DNA of 64,000 nt from Williopsis jadinii. Its lineage: Eukaryota. The notes below the pieces were generated by a model. It was not told where the DNA came from. It made no database searches and saw only the letters and a program-made list of their open reading frames with translations. Numbering within the stretch: position 1 is the first letter of the stretch; each line of letters begins with the position of its first letter. The stretch is taken from positions 3,658,001 to 3,722,000 of the forward strand of contig AP024664.1 in assembly GCA_024346625.1 (NCBI GenBank), written 5' to 3'. Positions 21,245 to 34,384 of the stretch are shown here, piece after piece. The translations under genes and the position numbers were made by a program.

Positions 21245-24079
21245 ATGTCATTGAAGACGATTCTTATAGCGTATCTCATTGGTGGGCTGACTCTGCCACC
21301 GCTGGCTATTGCGCTAGCGCTATATCTGGCGTGGCGGTTAGCGCCTGAGTACACAGAAGCCGGTGATGACGTTGATCTCTCTGACATTGACAGCAAAGTG
21401 GATCCTTCGTTGAGCTTAACGGCGATTGAAGACGAGGCAAGCACCGGCGTGAAGGCGTATAAGGCTGGTTGGATCACCGTTACAAGGGAGTACCACACGG
21501 TAGTGAACAATGCTTCAGATAAACAGATTGACTCCAAGGATAACTCGTCCAAAAGCGCCTACACGGCTCTGTACAAGTTGGTGAAGAAGTCGAAAAATGA
21601 CAAGGATGAGGACCAACCAGTCACTCAAAGCGCATCCTCAACAACTACAAACAGCTCAACGCCTGTGGCAAAGAAGTCTGTAATGAAGAAGAATAGGTTT
21701 TTTGGTGTGTTGAGACACGGGAACTTGTTTTTATACAAGAATGAAGACCAAAAAGATGTTCAACACGTTATCGTGCTTGCAAACAATATTGTCACGATAT
21801 GGCCAAGAGGCTTGCCTGATGGTCAATTGTTTACTAAAAGATCGGCAATTTGTATTCTGAAACCAACTCTACGGCGTCAATCTGATTTACCACCAAAGTC
21901 ATCCGCGGCGTCACTCAATGAGGCCGCAATGGAATCAAACAAGTCGTCAACCATTGATATCTTGGAGAATGGTTCCTTGCCCAATAAGAAAACCGGATTC
22001 TTCATCTATTGCGATACAAATTTCCAAAAGGAAGATTGGTACTTTGAGTTGATTAAAGCTACAAAGAAAGATTCACAGGCACCAGCTTTACCCTCAGAGC
22101 TTGATCAGTATAACCCTTCCATTTATGCCAATACGTTGCACTTCAAAACAGCAGATATGATGTCATTGATTCAAACTTTACATTCATCTGAGGGCCAACT
22201 GCATACAAGATGGTTGAATGCGATAATTGGAAGATTACATTTAGCGTTGAAAGATACGGATGTGTTTGAGAAGTATGTCGAAGCCAAATTACTCAAAAAA
22301 CTTTCCAAGATCAACAGACCTGATTTCTTGGATGAGTTTCAAGTGAAGAAAATTGAGATTGGCGATTCTGCTCCATTCATCAGTTTTCCAAAATTGCAAT
22401 CTCTAAACCCAGATGGTTCTTTAAGGGTATCTTGTAAATTTACATACACAGGTAAGATGTCTCTTCAAATTGCAACAAAGGCGAATATTCCAAATTTTTC
22501 CACTTTCCAAAAAAGAGATTTGAATATCCTCCTTGCTGTTACAATTAACCGAATCGATGGGCCTTTTGTTATTTGCATGAAACCACCCCCTTCCAGCAGA
22601 CTTTGGTACACTTTTGAATCACAACCAGATATCGATTTGACTATTGAGCCGGTTGTTTCACAACGTCAATTAACATACGGTCTTGTCACAAACGCCATCG
22701 AAAAGAAGTTCAAAGATGCTATAAGAGAGTCATTAGTAGAGCCATTTTGGGATGACATTTCTATTTTCAACACTTCCGATGAGTTTTATAGAGGCGGTAT
22801 ATGGAACCAAGAGGGAAGACCAACTAAAACCACACCTGAGAATGACAATGATGGTGGTGATGATGAGGATGTTGAAAGCATGAGGGGTGACTCCGAACAA
22901 GAGGTCCTGACATCTGTAACTGAGGCCAACTTTAACACGAATAATGCCCTATCTAAAGACTATTCCCCAAATGAAGATCATTCCTTGAGATCAAGATCCA
23001 GTCAAAACTTTAGCAAACGATCCACTCTCAATACAATCCATGATTTGAAGAGCCGGAAATCTGAGGCTTCTATTGGAACTTCACACGAACAATTCCTTGC
23101 AGATGGTTCCTATGTATCAAAGAGTGTTACAAGTCAAGAGAGCCTTGACTCTGAAGTACAGGAAAAGTCTAAAACCACCATGCAAGTACTTTCGGCAGAA
23201 ACGTCTGCTGGTAAAAAGGTTATATCTAACGGTATGAAGAAGATTGGCAAATGGTACAGTGAAAAAAGCCGCGGTTCTTCTAGCAATGTGTCAAAGAATT
23301 CAAAGGATTATACCCCTCCAGAGATGATTTCCAGAAGACGAGCCCCATCTAGTGGTGATAATCAACCATCAAGAAAGACGAGTTTGACTGATATCAAATC
23401 AGCAGGGCAAACGGATGTACATCATAAAGTTGCACCACAGGCACATGCTTTCCCAGCGCAATACATGTATGGATTGGAAACACAAACTCCAGATACAGAT
23501 TCTGATCAGACGAGACGTTCTTTACCTTCAAGGATCCCCGAGATGTCCATGCCTCACTCAGTAGACACTAGCTCTCCTATGAGTCCTTCTAGACCTAGAA
23601 GAAAGCCAGTGTCTGCTGACACAGCCATTGAAATGTTAGCGACTGAAAAAGATGCTGGAAATTTTACTAGGGCAGCCACTGAGAAACTTGATAAAACAAC
23701 ATTGAGTAATGTTGCTGTAGCTGTGACTGGCGTTACAGCTCAAGACGAAACTACAAGTTTTAGCTCACTTGATGTGGCTTCATTACCAGAAGAAGCTCCT
23801 CCATATTCAGCACCTACTGTTAATGTACCGGCGCTCCCTCCTAGAGAACATGATTCTGGAAACACGCCTGTGCCACCTCCGTCTCTTCCACCGAGAGATG
23901 AGGTCATAACGTCCTCGCCAATTGCCCCTCAACTACCTCCACGAAATACTCCTCCAGTACCAGTGGAAGTAGAGCAAGAATCAACTCTCCTGAATGCCAC
24001 TTCTACTATAGTCCCAATTGGCTCTGATTTAGAAAAGGAGACAGACAATTTGAAAGCCAACACTACAATCGATTCATAA
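21245..24079 (+). CDS. NVJ2: Nucleus-vacuole junction protein Nvj2 (TM-PH-SMP)
   Basis: N-terminal TM (YLIGGLTLPP), PH domain (VLRHGNLFLY, KEDWY), SMP domain (TRWLNAIIGR, KPPPSSRLWY); first ATG at 21245. Confidence 0.93.
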   Translation: MSLKTILIAYLIGGLTLPPLAIALALYLAWRLAPEYTEAGDDVDLSDIDSKVDPSLSLTAIEDEASTGVKAYKAGWITVTREYHTVVNNASDKQIDSKDNSSKSAYTALYKLVKKSKNDKDEDQPVTQSASSTTTNSSTPVAKKSVMKKNRFFGVLRHGNLFLYKNEDQKDVQHVIVLANNIVTIWPRGLPDGQLFTKRSAICILKPTLRRQSDLPPKSSAASLNEAAMESNKSSTIDILENGSLPNKKTGFFIYCDTNFQKEDWYFELIKATKKDSQAPALPSELDQYNPSIYANTLHFKTADMMSLIQTLHSSEGQLHTRWLNAIIGRLHLALKDTDVFEKYVEAKLLKKLSKINRPDFLDEFQVKKIEIGDSAPFISFPKLQSLNPDGSLRVSCKFTYTGKMSLQIATKANIPNFSTFQKRDLNILLAVTINRIDGPFVICMKPPPSSRLWYTFESQPDIDLTIEPVVSQRQLTYGLVTNAIEKKFKDAIRESLVEPFWDDISIFNTSDEFYRGGIWNQEGRPTKTTPENDNDGGDDEDVESMRGDSEQEVLTSVTEANFNTNNALSKDYSPNEDHSLRSRSSQNFSKRSTLNTIHDLKSRKSEASIGTSHEQFLADGSYVSKSVTSQESLDSEVQEKSKTTMQVLSAETSAGKKVISNGMKKIGKWYSEKSRGSSSNVSKNSKDYTPPEMISRRRAPSSGDNQPSRKTSLTDIKSAGQTDVHHKVAPQAHAFPAQYMYGLETQTPDTDSDQTRRSLPSRIPEMSMPHSVDTSSPMSPSRPRRKPVSADTAIEMLATEKDAGNFTRAATEKLDKTTLSNVAVAVTGVTAQDETTSFSSLDVASLPEEAPPYSAPTVNVPALPPREHDSGNTPVPPPSLPPRDEVITSSPIAPQLPPRNTPPVPVEVEQESTLLNATSTIVPIGSDLEKETDNLKANTTIDS

Positions 24080-24125
24080 AATGCATATACTTTTATTGCC
24101 TTTTTTCTGAAGTTTCTTGTAGCTA

Positions 24126-27100
24126 TCACCAAAATGCCATCCACCCAATATACATTTGACAAAGATTCTCTACAGAGGTTGCCTGTTGAATCAAGAATCC
24201 TGTTTGTCCATCAACACTCATAGGTATTCCTTCCTTGTCCAAGATGCCTCTGATCTTCCTTCTGATGGTGGATAGAGCTGCTTGGGGCGTATTTCTATTC
24301 CGTCTTTTCTGTGACCAATCCATTATAGGATCGTGCAAGAATGACTCAAGGATATTCATCAACGGTGTCTCGTTTGCTCTGATCAAGCGCAAAGTAACTT
24401 CACAAGACTTTCTAAACGTCCCTTCAACCCCAGTAATACCGAATGCATCGACCATATTGTGAGTGAGTCTGAATGGAACACGTTCAGGAACCGATAATTC
24501 AAGACCTTTTTCAAACAAACAGTCAAAATCAACATGAAGCACGCCGCCGTCTTTCTCGTTTAGAAGGATGTTCTCTCCATGACGATCTCCGAGACCAAGC
24601 ATGTATCCAACCATTGACATTACTGCAGTAGTTTGAGTATAGTTATTTCTAGCCTCATACCAAGACGATGGATCAGGGAAATTTTCAATGAACCAGGCAT
24701 ATAGTACTGGGGGGTATTTGGCAATGATCTCGGTCTGGAATTTCTCTGCTTTTTCTTCGATATCACAATCCATATCAAGAACTTTCCTGATATGTGGAAC
24801 ATCCAGCGCAACGTTAATATTTGCATAATGAACCTTGAGAATATCACGCATAGTTCTGCTATTCTCAACCCATTCAATTATACCATAATTCTCATTTAAT
24901 GGGATGACAGCATAAGTCTTTATGTGTAGCTTTCTTTGTTCAGAGTCATAGTTTTTCTTCAATAGATGATCCACTCGTGAAGTAAATTCCATTAGTTTGG
25001 CATCTTTTCTCAGATCGTCGTTGGGTTTACACAGGATACCGTAAATAAGACCATCCGATCCTCTCAAAAAAAGGTGTTTAGGCTGCTGCATAGATGACAA
25101 GACATCGACCCTATTTTCAAATTTGGCAATAGTTACCCTCGAAGAGCTTGGAAAGGCGTTATGATTTTTAATAGCTTGAACTGAGAGAGGAAGAGTGATA
25201 TCAAAGTTGGTCTTAACAGGAACAACTAGTGGTGATGGTGTCACACTGTAGTCAAATTCAAAATCATCCCTTAAGGATAGCGTTCCTTTGCGTGAAGCTT
25301 TTCTCTTAGATACGGCCATAAGCTGATTAAAGAGTTTCTTTGACTTCTCCAGTATCTGTGTATTCTCTCCTGAACGGGCCTTATCATGCTTTGACGCACC
25401 AAACATATCTAGGATCACTTTCCCCTTCCTCTCTCTTTCCTTTTGCACAGACTTGTACTGAGCTAGTACTGACCAAAGTGCATGTGAAGGATATTCATTA
25501 ACAACAAACTGTGATATGATGATCAATAATTGAGCAGTTTTACTATGTGAATGAAGGATACGTGACAACACCTGTGACAATACTGTGTACCAATAGTATG
25601 CAGGAAATTTCTCAGAGTATTTGTGTATCTCTTCTAACATCCCGGTAATATTCTTTTTTCTGTCGTTCAATGCTGTCACTTTCATTGAGTCAGATAGCTC
25701 TACTGGAACTTCACTAATGTTTTCAGCAAAATCCAGCCAAACAGTCACCACTTTAGGCAATGCCTCATACAAATACTTCGTACCACATAACAAAGACTTC
25801 AGATAAAAGCTTATTGTTTTCCGTTCAAGCTCACCAGATATATCCTTAAGATCTATTGATTGTCCAGATTTGCTCTTCAGTTCAAGTAGCTTATTATAAA
25901 ACTTCCCCAATGTATAATATGGCTTCTCCCAAGTCGGATCAATTTTGATGGCACGAGTGTACTCCTCAATAATCTTACTTGAACTGCTGTTATTGGATAG
26001 ATCGAGCCATTCAGTATATTTTAACTGCACTTTAGCTTGTCTCCTTGGATCTGATAGCGTCTTTAGTTTCAAATCTTCCATTAAAGCTAATGCTCGAGAC
26101 TGATCTCCTTGTGCCCAAAGAATCTTAGCGTACTCTAAGTCTGTGGCGACGCTCTTTAATCCAATCGCTTGAATGACAGCAGGTGTTGCAAGGTCCAATC
26201 TATTGTTCTTTCGCGCTGACTTGGAAGAGTTAAGCCACAACTCACCAATGTCAGTTACCGTCAAATCGCTTACGCAGGAATCTGCTGCTCTTCTGATAGA
26301 AGAAATTGTCCAATTAGACCTGAAATCATTACCTGTGTGTAGCCTCCGCATATTCAAAAGTGTCTTGACTTTAGAGAAGTTTGTATGTGAAGATTTGATT
26401 ATGTTCTGAACATCGGTGACTGAATGAAGAAGAACAAACTGTGATCTGTTTTTTCTTAAGGATGCACGTCTGTCCAGTCCAAGATCAGATCCCAAGAGAA
26501 GGAAGGCATTATTAAAATCTTCCAACAAAGCACTACCCAAATTGCCAGGGTTCAACAATACCTTCCCTAGGTGGTAATATACCAAGTTGCTGGAATCAGT
26601 AATTTCTCTGTGTAGCTCAATATAAGATATCCATTTCCTCAAGAATTCCTTATTTCCGGACAAGATAGACGCTTCTAAACCAATATCAAGCCAATCCTTT
26701 TTAATTCCCTTGGACTCAACAGTTAGTAGGGAATCCAATTTGTTTAAGGCATCTTCATAAAGGTTATGGTCAAAGAGTGACTTCAATAAACGAGTATCAG
26801 GATCAAGGACTAAAGGTTGAAGATCAATCTTACCCAATGTATTGAGACAATCTTGCGCCATTTTCCAGTTGTCACTGTACTCAAGTTCAGTTATTCTATC
26901 TTCCAAAGTCTTATCGGAGAATGTTTTCAGTACACCATCCAAGGCGTCATAGTCTCCAATGCTGGCATACATGTTCTGCAATTGACCAAAGAAGGACGAC
27001 CCAAACTCATTGATAGTATCTGAACGGTAACATTGTTCCAAATAAAGAACAGCCCTTTCATAAGAGTTTGCCTGGTATGATCTCTTTGCCATTAATTGTT

Positions 27101-30100
27101 GTGGAATACTCTCCAAGAGTTTGGCAACTGTTGAGATCCAAGGGTCTGTCTTCTTCACACCTTTCCTCTTGAGAAATTGCTTCCTAGCGAAAACCCACTT
27201 TCTGAAATAATCCAAAAGATTGAAAACTGTTTCGTATGACATTCTCAAGTTATCAGCAGCCATGTGATGGACTGCTTCAATATCCGTTTCCAGTACTGTC
27301 ATAATTTCCAATCTGACATCAGTCATCAAAATCTCATCAGAAATCACAGCATGTAGGGCAGCGTAGGGAAGTAGAAAGTTACAGAAAGATATGTTCTGCT
27401 CCTTCACCAAAGACGAGCACGTTGTGAAGATCTTTGAAACGACGGGTTGGGTTCCACGTTTCAGCAAGTCCAGTGTCAGATGTCGGAGCCACTTACTGTG
27501 GTCCCACGTCACATCAAAGATTGGATACTTCAATGGAGTATACTTGCTCACGGAAGCAGTATATTTGGAAGAAACGAGCGGTGTTAAAGTTGATTGGGAA
27601 ACATCACTGAATTGAGACCAAAGTATGTACTCCGGACTAGTGACATCTGGGTTCCTCACATCAAACTTTGTAGAGTCGAGCCCACTTAGTTTAAGAAATT
27701 CTTGCATAGCGTACGCTAAAAAGACTTGTTTTGTTGGGTCTTCAGAAGCCCAAAATGATGGGACCAAGTAGTCATTCAAAAACGTCAGCAGGAACTTGAT
27801 AGTTTCTCCATGATGTGTAAAATCAGATGCAAGAATGATTTGGTCCTTCTTCTTTTCAACCTCAAATTTTGCAGGGTCCAAGGCGCCAATTTGTCCTAAA
27901 CATTGCGAGCATTTAATAGTAACATTGTCATCTGTCTTGAACTTGTTCAGAATGTCCAATAGAGCACCCAGAAGGTTTGATACCATTGGAGCAAAGGAAG
28001 GCTTCAAAAGATACGTATTGTAAAATTCCTGATTGTACTCGTTCAAGAAACGGCCAAGGTCAACAAGTGCTTGACATACAACAAACTTGTTGTCATGCTT
28101 GCATCTTCTAGTGATATCATTCAGCAGTGCATGAGGTTTGTCCGTCTTCCTTATTGCATTAAAAATTTTAGAATACATTTCCGCAAGATCATCATTATCA
28201 GCTAATGAGTAAAACGTGTAAAGATGTTTCTCTTTGAAAGAATTGGATTTCTCTAGGAAAACACCAATAAGTTTTCTGGCCTCCAGCTTACATCTATGAT
28301 CAAATAACTGCCATTTCTGTATGACTGTAGCAATAGATTGGTCAAGCAAAGTCACCAAATGGGCCTCCTCTAAGTGCTGAACCAGAACTTTCCAACATTT
28401 CAATGCTGCTTCCTTCAATAGGGGACTATCGAGCTTTGATTGTAAAGAAGTGTAGATTTGCGGTAGAGCAGAAACAATGACTGGACCTGATATTTGAACC
28501 AGGAGTTCAACTGCACGAAATGACTTGAGCTTTTCGTCATATGGTTGAAACCCTTTAGTATCACGAATAGCGTCAGTGAATAAATTGACAATACCAAGTG
28601 TATTCTTTTGGAAAAATCTTGAAACACGCTCTTCTGAAGGCACTTCAGGCGTTGCCAGCTGTAGCACAAACTTGATTGACTTCATGATTAATTCATTACT
28701 CTTACCATCAGCACCATGAATCTTGAGAAGTTCCCAAATCGGTCCTAGTGGAGATCCAATGATTGCACTCAGAGATGTTTTTGATATCTCGGGACATGCA
28801 TTCGATAAAATTCCAATGATCTTACCTTCAGATGGGTCTGAGAGAGATGTCAATAAAAATGCCAGAATTTGCGACTTATTCGTGAGCACTAGTTCTAATT
28901 TTGTCTTTCCTTCACGACTAGCAGCGATCTCAGCAATAATGTCTCTCTGATAGTAGGTCAACAGATAGGGTATAGTATATGAATGATACCTCCAAAGAAT
29001 TTGATTGAGAGGAACACCAAGCAAGTCAGAGATTCTTTGTGCGACAGCCGGTTTTGTCGCCATTTGGCGAGCAATGTTCACACTACAGCTTGGAAGCACA
29101 AGCGATAGAAGTTTCCATGGAGTCTTCTCCTTCATGGCTGAAATCATTTCAATTTCATGAAAGGCCATTGAAGACTTAAAAGAACTTTGTGAGTTCAAAA
29201 ATCCAACCAGTTTCAACAGTATGGAATGAATTCCTAGACTCTCTGTAGATATTGCCAGCTGACCCCAGATCATTACTGTAGATTCAACCAGATATGGATA
29301 CGATTCAAGGTCAAATGCATTCGCAATTTTCATGATGTGACCAGTGCAACTCTCATAAAGATTGTGCTTTGATTTGATGTAAAAAGGTATTGATTTCACG
29401 GCAAGTATTCTGGTATTCCTATGCGGTGAAGACAATAAACGTCTCCAAAATACAAATGATTGACATGTTGGTGTGATGTTTGGTGGTTGAAAATGTGCAA
29501 AAAACTTGTGCATCGATTCCAAAGCAGCCATTTCAAGAATACTGTCATTTTCTGGTATGGAACTAAGTAATCCAAGAAGCATAGTCCATGACTTCTCAAC
29601 TTTACTCTTTGACAACATATTTGGTCTGTCATAGTCAATGACTTCAAACAGTTTCAGAGAACAACAAACAGAGCAGGCTCGTAGATCAGGTATATATGAA
29701 TCAGTAGCTTTACACACAAAGTCGCCAAGAGATAGAATGCATCTGTATAAATCTGTTCTCGAAAGATCCTCTAGTTGTTTCAGTGAGTTGATCCATGACG
29801 AAAGTGAGGTGGCACCTGTTTGAAGTAATAATTGATCCACTGGAGAATTTGACTGATCTTGCTGTAACTTTGCTATTATCTCTAGACGAATTTGATCAAG
29901 TAGTTGGTCGTCGAGTGCATTGTTAACCGAGGGCAATTCAACTGAAGGATTCACAGCAAACTCTATCAGGTTGATAACTTGACAAAGAGTGTTATCACCC
30001 AGTGATGTAATACGGTTTTTCAACGCCGGTAAGTCAAAAGAGAACTTCAAAAATTCAACGTTATCCTCGTCCAAGCACCGCCCCAGTACTTTCATTAGGG

Positions 30101-30951
30101 AATAGGCAATGTTGGACCTTAAACGAGGTTGAGATGAAACTATTTGAGGTTGTAGAGAGTTCTCACAGAATGCTAGGAAATATTTGAGTCTCGAAACAGT
30201 AATATAGTCTTCATCCATGCAGTAGTTTAACAAGCTTATGACCATATGAGATTTGATGCTGTCCATCGAAGCTGACTGTAGAGGATTATCCTGTGCTGAT
30301 AAGACAAACTCCATTTTTCGAGCTGCAGTTTCAAAGACTTGGTCAAAAGACGGATCAATCATCATTTTCTTCATCATCTCCGTATCTACCATCAGAGAAA
30401 ACAGATTCGTACATATTGCGAGTAACCCACAGAGCTTCACACTGGATAACTGTTTGAACAGACTCGAAACAAAAGATTCCAGCGTCTCTGTGAAGAACTC
30501 ACGAACTTGAGCTTTATAAGATGAAGATTGTAGCTTTGTGGTTGTGAGATAAACCACCGTTATCATAGCTGATTTCAAGCTTCTCAAGATCTTCTCGTTC
30601 CCAGTATCTAAGGAGTGTATCAGCGTGGTAAGTATCCACCTGTACGTTGGTGTACTTTGTGTTGTATGGTGTAATAGTTGAGGGTTCTTCTCACAAATCG
30701 TTTCGATAGCCTTTAAGCATTTGCAAACAAGCTCTTCCTGTGCTGATGCTATATGACAAAGTTAGAATGGGTCTTATAGAATTTCAATGGAGACAAAGAG
30801 ACATACCTGCCGGTGGTTGATTGTCGGAGACTCCATGTGTCAGTATAAGATCAAGCATCTTGATCTGCGTCTCATCGGATTCATCATCGAATGAGACGCC
30901 ACCAATAGCAGAATCCACTAACTTCTTGAGCGCTTCCACTGTTTGGTTCAT
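24126..30951 (-). CDS. MEC1: ATR checkpoint kinase Mec1; exons 30951-30807 and 30748-24126 (2255 aa)
   Basis: PIKK domain (DDLRKD, GLGDRHGENIL, HVDFDCLF, PFRLT), FATC ending MYIGWMAFW; 58-nt intron 30749-30806 (GTATGT...TTCTAAC...TAG) keeps the frame. Confidence 0.95.
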
Positions 30952-31305
30952 GAGACAGCGTCACCTTGCCGACTTCTTAGCAGCCGCCCTGTTATTCAAA
31001 GCTTTAGGGTTGTCTGCCGTGATGGGCAAAGTCAACAACAGCAGAAGAACGCCTTCTGTTTTCGTTTTCGATTTTGATTTCGATTTCGTGATGCACGCGT
31101 CAATAAACAAAACACCTAACCACGGCAATGTATACGATGCACTGGCAGTTTAAATTGGCATAAGATTAAAGAGGTTGTGTAAACTATGCATTGAAGGATG
31201 GCGTATAAACTGTGATAATACGACAACAAACGAGTGGATGGGTGGTATGAAATATGTAGACGATATAGAATGTTAGACGGATTGTTCCTTTCGCACTGAT
31301 TTTCC

Positions 31306-31822
31306 CTATCTCAGCTGAGCATCATAATTAACTGGACGCCTAAGAGGTGAAGACTGTTAGTATGGCACGAGATTCCAGGGCCAATGATATGCAGATGGTA
31401 CTTACTTGAACAACAAGATATGTGGTTCTGGCGCATGTGTTTCGTAATGTTCCCAGCCTAAGGATTGTGTAATTCCAAGACCACGCCATTCGTCTTCCAG
31501 AAGAATACGAAGTGTGCCTGTTTCGCTGTTGAAGTAGTCCGAAGGGATCACCTTAAGCATCGGCTTTGGTAGCATCACATGGCTAATTCATCCGTCTGGT
31601 TAGCTGTCTTGTCCATGAGCAAAGTTGCAAATAACACTTACCGGTACTCAAATTCATCATCAGAATATCTGTCCAGTGCATTGTTAGTAAATGGATTACG
31701 GAACGAAACAGAACGCTGCTGAGCTGATGGTATACACACCTTGGGGAGTAATGGATATTATCCTGGAATTCCAGGACTCTCGCACGTTCAGCATCCGTTA
31801 GCTGACGACCTCTAAAGCTCAT
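31306..31822 (-). CDS. CKS1: Cyclin-dependent kinase regulatory subunit Cks1; exons 31822-31740, 31668-31642, 31582-31406, 31339-31306 (106 aa)
   Basis: Spliced product contains [21 protein letters not shown]...[33 protein letters not shown]; three introns with GT donors, CTAAC branch points and YAG acceptors. Confidence 0.95.
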
Positions 31823-32446
31823 TGTCTCACAGGCACAGCGAAATCGACACCACAGTAAATGAGCGAGCCGGTTGTGTTCTTTTAAATCAATGGTAAACAA
31901 ACGAAAATCCAATCAACTCTTTTTGCGTCGCGTCCTACGGGCTTGTCGAGATCTCGAGCTTCGTTTTGTGGTGCATACCGCTTTTTATAGAACCCGACCC
32001 CAAATATCTTTGATGGAGTTCCTGGTTCGACCCTGCACATTCGCTTTTTACCTCTGGGTTGCTGTTTTTATTTTGTTGGCATTTTTTTGTCCGCTTCGGT
32101 GCGTCTTCGTTTGTAGCGAAGAGGCCCATGTACCCAAGAGCCGTTTCATGTTGCAAGTCAGCTCGAATCTCAAAGCCTCAAATTTTGAGCTGAAGTTGTG
32201 ATTTTTCGGTGGAAATTTGCTTTCATCCAGCTCGGTGCCTCGTTGTCGTTGAGGTTCTTGTTGCTTACACTGGAAAGACTCTTCTGTCTCCCGTTGTGGC
32301 TGTGTGTGTGTGTGTGTAAGTGCCTTGCTGTGTTTCAGGCTCCTGGTGAAGATCATCTTCTGCATAGCTGCCAAAAGAATTGGTGTCCCTTCAACACCAC
32401 AGATTTAACCAATTGCTGATTCTCACACAGAAAGTCCATCAAGGAT

Positions 32447-34384
32447 ATGTCTTCGTCACACACTAGGGTTGGTGTTAAGCCAGTCATCCCTTCAAAATCG
32501 TCAGCACAGGACAACGGCGACCTCATTCTGGGATATACACAGGCAGGATATAGCAATGTGCTGGTTTCAATCACGAACTTACAATACCGTGAAAAGTCCA
32601 AAAAAGCTTTCCAACTCTCAAAGAACTCTTCGAGTCTAAAAGTCCCTAGTCCATCAGCACAGGATGTTAACATATTTTCAGGTCCCCATGTCGAAAGTAC
32701 CATTGGTCTTATTGCCTCATGGATCGAATTGGAACACGAAAACGATTCGATAGCTGAATTCTCCAGGCAGGTGTTGATGCACGAGTTGGAGTATGCAAAG
32801 TTCATTGGCTTGAAACATATCATAATCGCACCTCCAAAGGACTTGCTGCGGCTCTCCCAGTTTTCTAATATCATACAAGATATCCTACAATTCACATCTG
32901 AATCCTTGATCACTATCTCAGTATCACTACCTATATGCGAAGAGCTCAAAGAGAATTCAATTGATCCCCTAGGAACATGGGATATGTGGAACTCGATTAG
33001 AACTTCTGTGGATTACAACGACCGGTTAAAATTGTCGCTTGCGCTTGCCAAGGGCTCTATACCATTAGATGTTGTTTACAGGTGGTACTCAGAACCAGTA
33101 TCGTGTTTGTTAATGTCATCTTCGGTCTTTCTGATAAATAACAAAGGTTATCCAGTTCTCTCCAAATCAAATCAACGAATTCTGGAAACATTCAAAGACA
33201 AATCACCACTGTTGCTCTTACATGGATTAGAAAAAGCACCACAAACCGTTGAACATTCTGGGTACATGCAATATCTCAAATATATAACGGTGAAAAATCA
33301 TCAAGCATTGTCAAAAATCGATGAGTTTGGCATGTCTCATAACGATGTTTTGCTGCCTCCCTTGCAGCCACTTCATCAAAACTTGGACAATTTCACATAT
33401 TCTGTTTTTGAGTGTGATGCTGTAAAATATGATCTTTATGGGAAGGCTATCTTTTCAGCTTTGAATGACCTTTCCCAGCTTACTAAGATCAATATTGCCA
33501 TCGCCGGTGCAGGAAAAGGTGGGCTGGTTGATTGTGTATTTAACATCATTACAAAACTCGAGATACAATACAAATGTGTTGTAACAGCAATCGAGAAGAA
33601 CTCATCGGCGGTGATAAGCTTGGAACAACGCAATATTATGAACTGGGGATCATCAATTCAAATAATACATACCGATATGAGATCTTGGACTCCCAAAGAA
33701 AGTTACAATATTATCATCTCTGAACTTTTAGGGAGTTTTGGATGCAATGAGTTGTCGCCGGAGTGTCTTAAACCATTGGAACAGTACCTTGATCGAGAAC
33801 ATGGAATATTTATACCACAAGAATATACCTCCCACTTAATACCAGTTTCAAGCCCCAAACTATACGCAAAGTTACAATCTCTTGGTAACCCAGACGCCTT
33901 CCATAAACAATACGTCTGTAAGTTGCACGAATATTCTCCCTGCTGTCATAAGGCGAATGATCTGTGGACTTTCTCTCATCCTCTAAAAACTGGCCTCACA
34001 AAAAGAAGTATAACAACATTCAGGATACATGCTAAAACTACAATCCACGGGCTCGCAGGATACTTCAGTGCAAGGTTGTACGAGGATATCATCATCTCGA
34101 CTAAGCCAGATGAGCATACGCAAGATCTAATTTCTTGGTTCCCATTCTATTTCCCCCTTGAAATACCTTTGTATGTAACTGATGATACAGAGTTGGAAGT
34201 ATCCATGATCCGTGGTCATAGTGAAGGTAGAACTTGGTACTCATGGTCATTGGAGTGTTTCATGTATCTTATTGTTCCAAGTGAAGACCGGGAAGAGTTA
34301 CAGGTTCGTATCAGGACAAACGGCACTAAAATTCACAATCATAAAGGCAGAGCATATGCAATCGAAGAATCGATAATATCTTAA
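32447..34384 (+). CDS. HSL7: Protein arginine methyltransferase Hsl7 (PRMT5/Skb1)
   Basis: PLQPL..NL, SELLGSFGCNELSPECL, HGLAGYF and SWFPFYFP motifs. Confidence 0.94.
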   Translation: MSSSHTRVGVKPVIPSKSSAQDNGDLILGYTQAGYSNVLVSITNLQYREKSKKAFQLSKNSSSLKVPSPSAQDVNIFSGPHVESTIGLIASWIELEHENDSIAEFSRQVLMHELEYAKFIGLKHIIIAPPKDLLRLSQFSNIIQDILQFTSESLITISVSLPICEELKENSIDPLGTWDMWNSIRTSVDYNDRLKLSLALAKGSIPLDVVYRWYSEPVSCLLMSSSVFLINNKGYPVLSKSNQRILETFKDKSPLLLLHGLEKAPQTVEHSGYMQYLKYITVKNHQALSKIDEFGMSHNDVLLPPLQPLHQNLDNFTYSVFECDAVKYDLYGKAIFSALNDLSQLTKINIAIAGAGKGGLVDCVFNIITKLEIQYKCVVTAIEKNSSAVISLEQRNIMNWGSSIQIIHTDMRSWTPKESYNIIISELLGSFGCNELSPECLKPLEQYLDREHGIFIPQEYTSHLIPVSSPKLYAKLQSLGNPDAFHKQYVCKLHEYSPCCHKANDLWTFSHPLKTGLTKRSITTFRIHAKTTIHGLAGYFSARLYEDIIISTKPDEHTQDLISWFPFYFPLEIPLYVTDDTELEVSMIRGHSEGRTWYSWSLECFMYLIVPSEDREELQVRIRTNGTKIHNHKGRAYAIEESIIS

